Notes under the pieces: generated by a model
The model's database searches: none
The model's input: the letters and a program-made list of their open reading frames with translations, nothing else
What the model was told of the DNA's origin: nothing
Program-made: the position numbers and the translations under genes
Shown: positions 62,417 to 64,000 of the stretch, one piece after another
Position numbering within the stretch: the first letter of the stretch is position 1
Layout: every line of letters begins with the position of its first letter
NCBI RefSeq assembly: GCF_947568905.1
Contig: NC_079169.1
Coordinates: forward strand, 30,442,001 to 30,506,000
Reading direction: 5' to 3'
Origin: Ostrea edulis
Lineage: Eukaryota
DNA: 64,000 nt

Positions 62417-64000
62417 CGGGACGGCAAACAATACAAAATGTAGTAATCAATAAATCTTATTTTGAATGTTTGAAAAAATGATATTCAACAGGTGATACAT
62501 TTGTTTTGGCTGTAGACCTACAGTGTGTTTGTATTTTGTTCGGATTTTCATGTTTGAGAAATGAATGCATGCTATTTATCTATTGAATACATGGAATTGG
62601 ATGAATGTTAGATGAATGTTGGATGAATTGGTTGGGTTTTTTTTTTAATTCTCCTACTTCAATGTTCAATTTGTTTTGAAATGTACATAAGACTGAAAAA
62701 TAAAATTTATTTTCAAATTCTTGAAATTTCAAATAGTATTCATTTAAGGTTTTTATAAAGGAAGTGATAACTATGCATGGAAGCAAAACGGAACCAGAAT
62801 TTCAGTCTGAAATGCATTAAAATGAATTATTTTGAATCAATTTAATAAGTCAAGTTTATTCTTTTTGTGTAATTCTGTAAAGGATGTGGTGACTATAAAT
62901 GAAAGGAAGACAGAACAAAAATTTCAGTCGAAAATGCATTAAAATGCACCATTTTGAATCAATCTTTTTTTTTTTTTTTTAAATTTCCGTACTCCTTAAT
63001 GGGAGGGGAACAACCCCATCCCACGCCCCCCTTCGGCCCTATGGGCCTCAACCCCCACCCCCAAGCACACAGTAAGGTCTAGATCCGCCACTGTACATAG
63101 TTTATTAAAGAATAGCTTGTTAAGACAGTTGAACTCCCTCCTTCTGGACCTCGCTATATGTTTAGTATCATAACATCGCTATCACTACTAATGGACCTTT
63201 ATGGAACACCCAATCAGTACAATAAGTTTACATCCAACATATCCGAATTCACCCGCGACTTATCTAATGAAGTATCTCTCGACCTCCCATGGCGAACCTC
63301 TTGACGTCACTAAACAATAATGGCGCCGGGGAAATAGTAACGGTGGATGGTAAAAATGTGAACGAAACTCATTTTAACCACGGTAGGTGTCTTTAATTTA
63401 CAAAGCAAAACAAATATCTAAATCAGATTATATCACTATTCTTTCTAGTTCCATTTATAATCCAAATCATTTTCTGCGAACATAAGTAATAGGATTTTAG
63501 CAGGTGCGCGTTGTTGACAACGGCCACTTTTAGATAACTATCAAGCATGGAGTACCTGTCAAACTTGTCAACTTTCAAAAATATCGGGGACACATAATTC
63601 AAGTTGAGCGTGTTTCTTTGATTTCACGAGGATAGGAAATGTGCACGTTATAGCGCTTGACAAAAGTCAATTAGTGCAGATGGCAAAAGTCCTCAGAAAT
63701 AGTGTATTATAGAAATATATGTAGTGTGTATATATATATAGATATAGATCTACCTGTCGAAGTAACTTGCTGGACATGACAAATATTTTTATAATGCATG
63801 AAAATGTTATGATGAATACAATTTTTTATATTGATTATTCAAAAAGGAAATGAATGCAATTGAAATTTTGTATTTTAATTATATGATTTCATTCAATATC
63901 TCCCTAATTTATTTAATTTAGAGGGAACATTGATATTACAATTGACACAATGAATATTCAGCATTAGTTTACAGAAGTATTTGTGATTATTGTGTATGGG

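Noticed and set aside
52770-64000. Death-domain exon downstream of gene B
   Set aside because: No ORF or spliceable segment with death-domain features was recognised; the region is repeat-derived or AT-rich, but this was not excluded by HMM

Overview
AT-rich, repeat-dense eukaryotic DNA, most likely from a bivalve of the oyster family. This is an inference from a Cg170-like satellite inside a non-autonomous Helentron and from mollusc-type SINEs. Two tandem paralogous + strand genes can be assembled from splice signals: gene A (5'-partial, ~1828/18387-24608) and gene B (37335-52769, 10 exons, 646 aa). Each encodes a long acidic, low-complexity N-terminus built from symmetric phase-2 microexons, followed by a DTHD1/PIDD-like ZU5-ZU5-UPA module with no death domain. 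The introns and intergenic DNA hold about 21 5'-truncated copies of one Penelope-like retroelement whose ORF stops right after the RT thumb. They also hold a TSD-bounded Gmr1-like Ty3/Gypsy element with two nested insertions, a second decayed Gypsy, a tRNA-containing 139-bp solo LTR (Helenus-like), several SINE families, Tc1 remnants, MITEs, nested Helentron HINEs and minisatellites. The most notable non-coding signal is three copies of a minimal type I hammerhead ribozyme: two face outwards in the arms of a ~355-bp near-perfect inverted repeat (28970-30525), and one sits in a 79-bp microhomology-bounded insertion inside a Penelope-like copy. All calls were made by eye, and repeat boundaries are approximate unless TSDs or splice sites are quoted.
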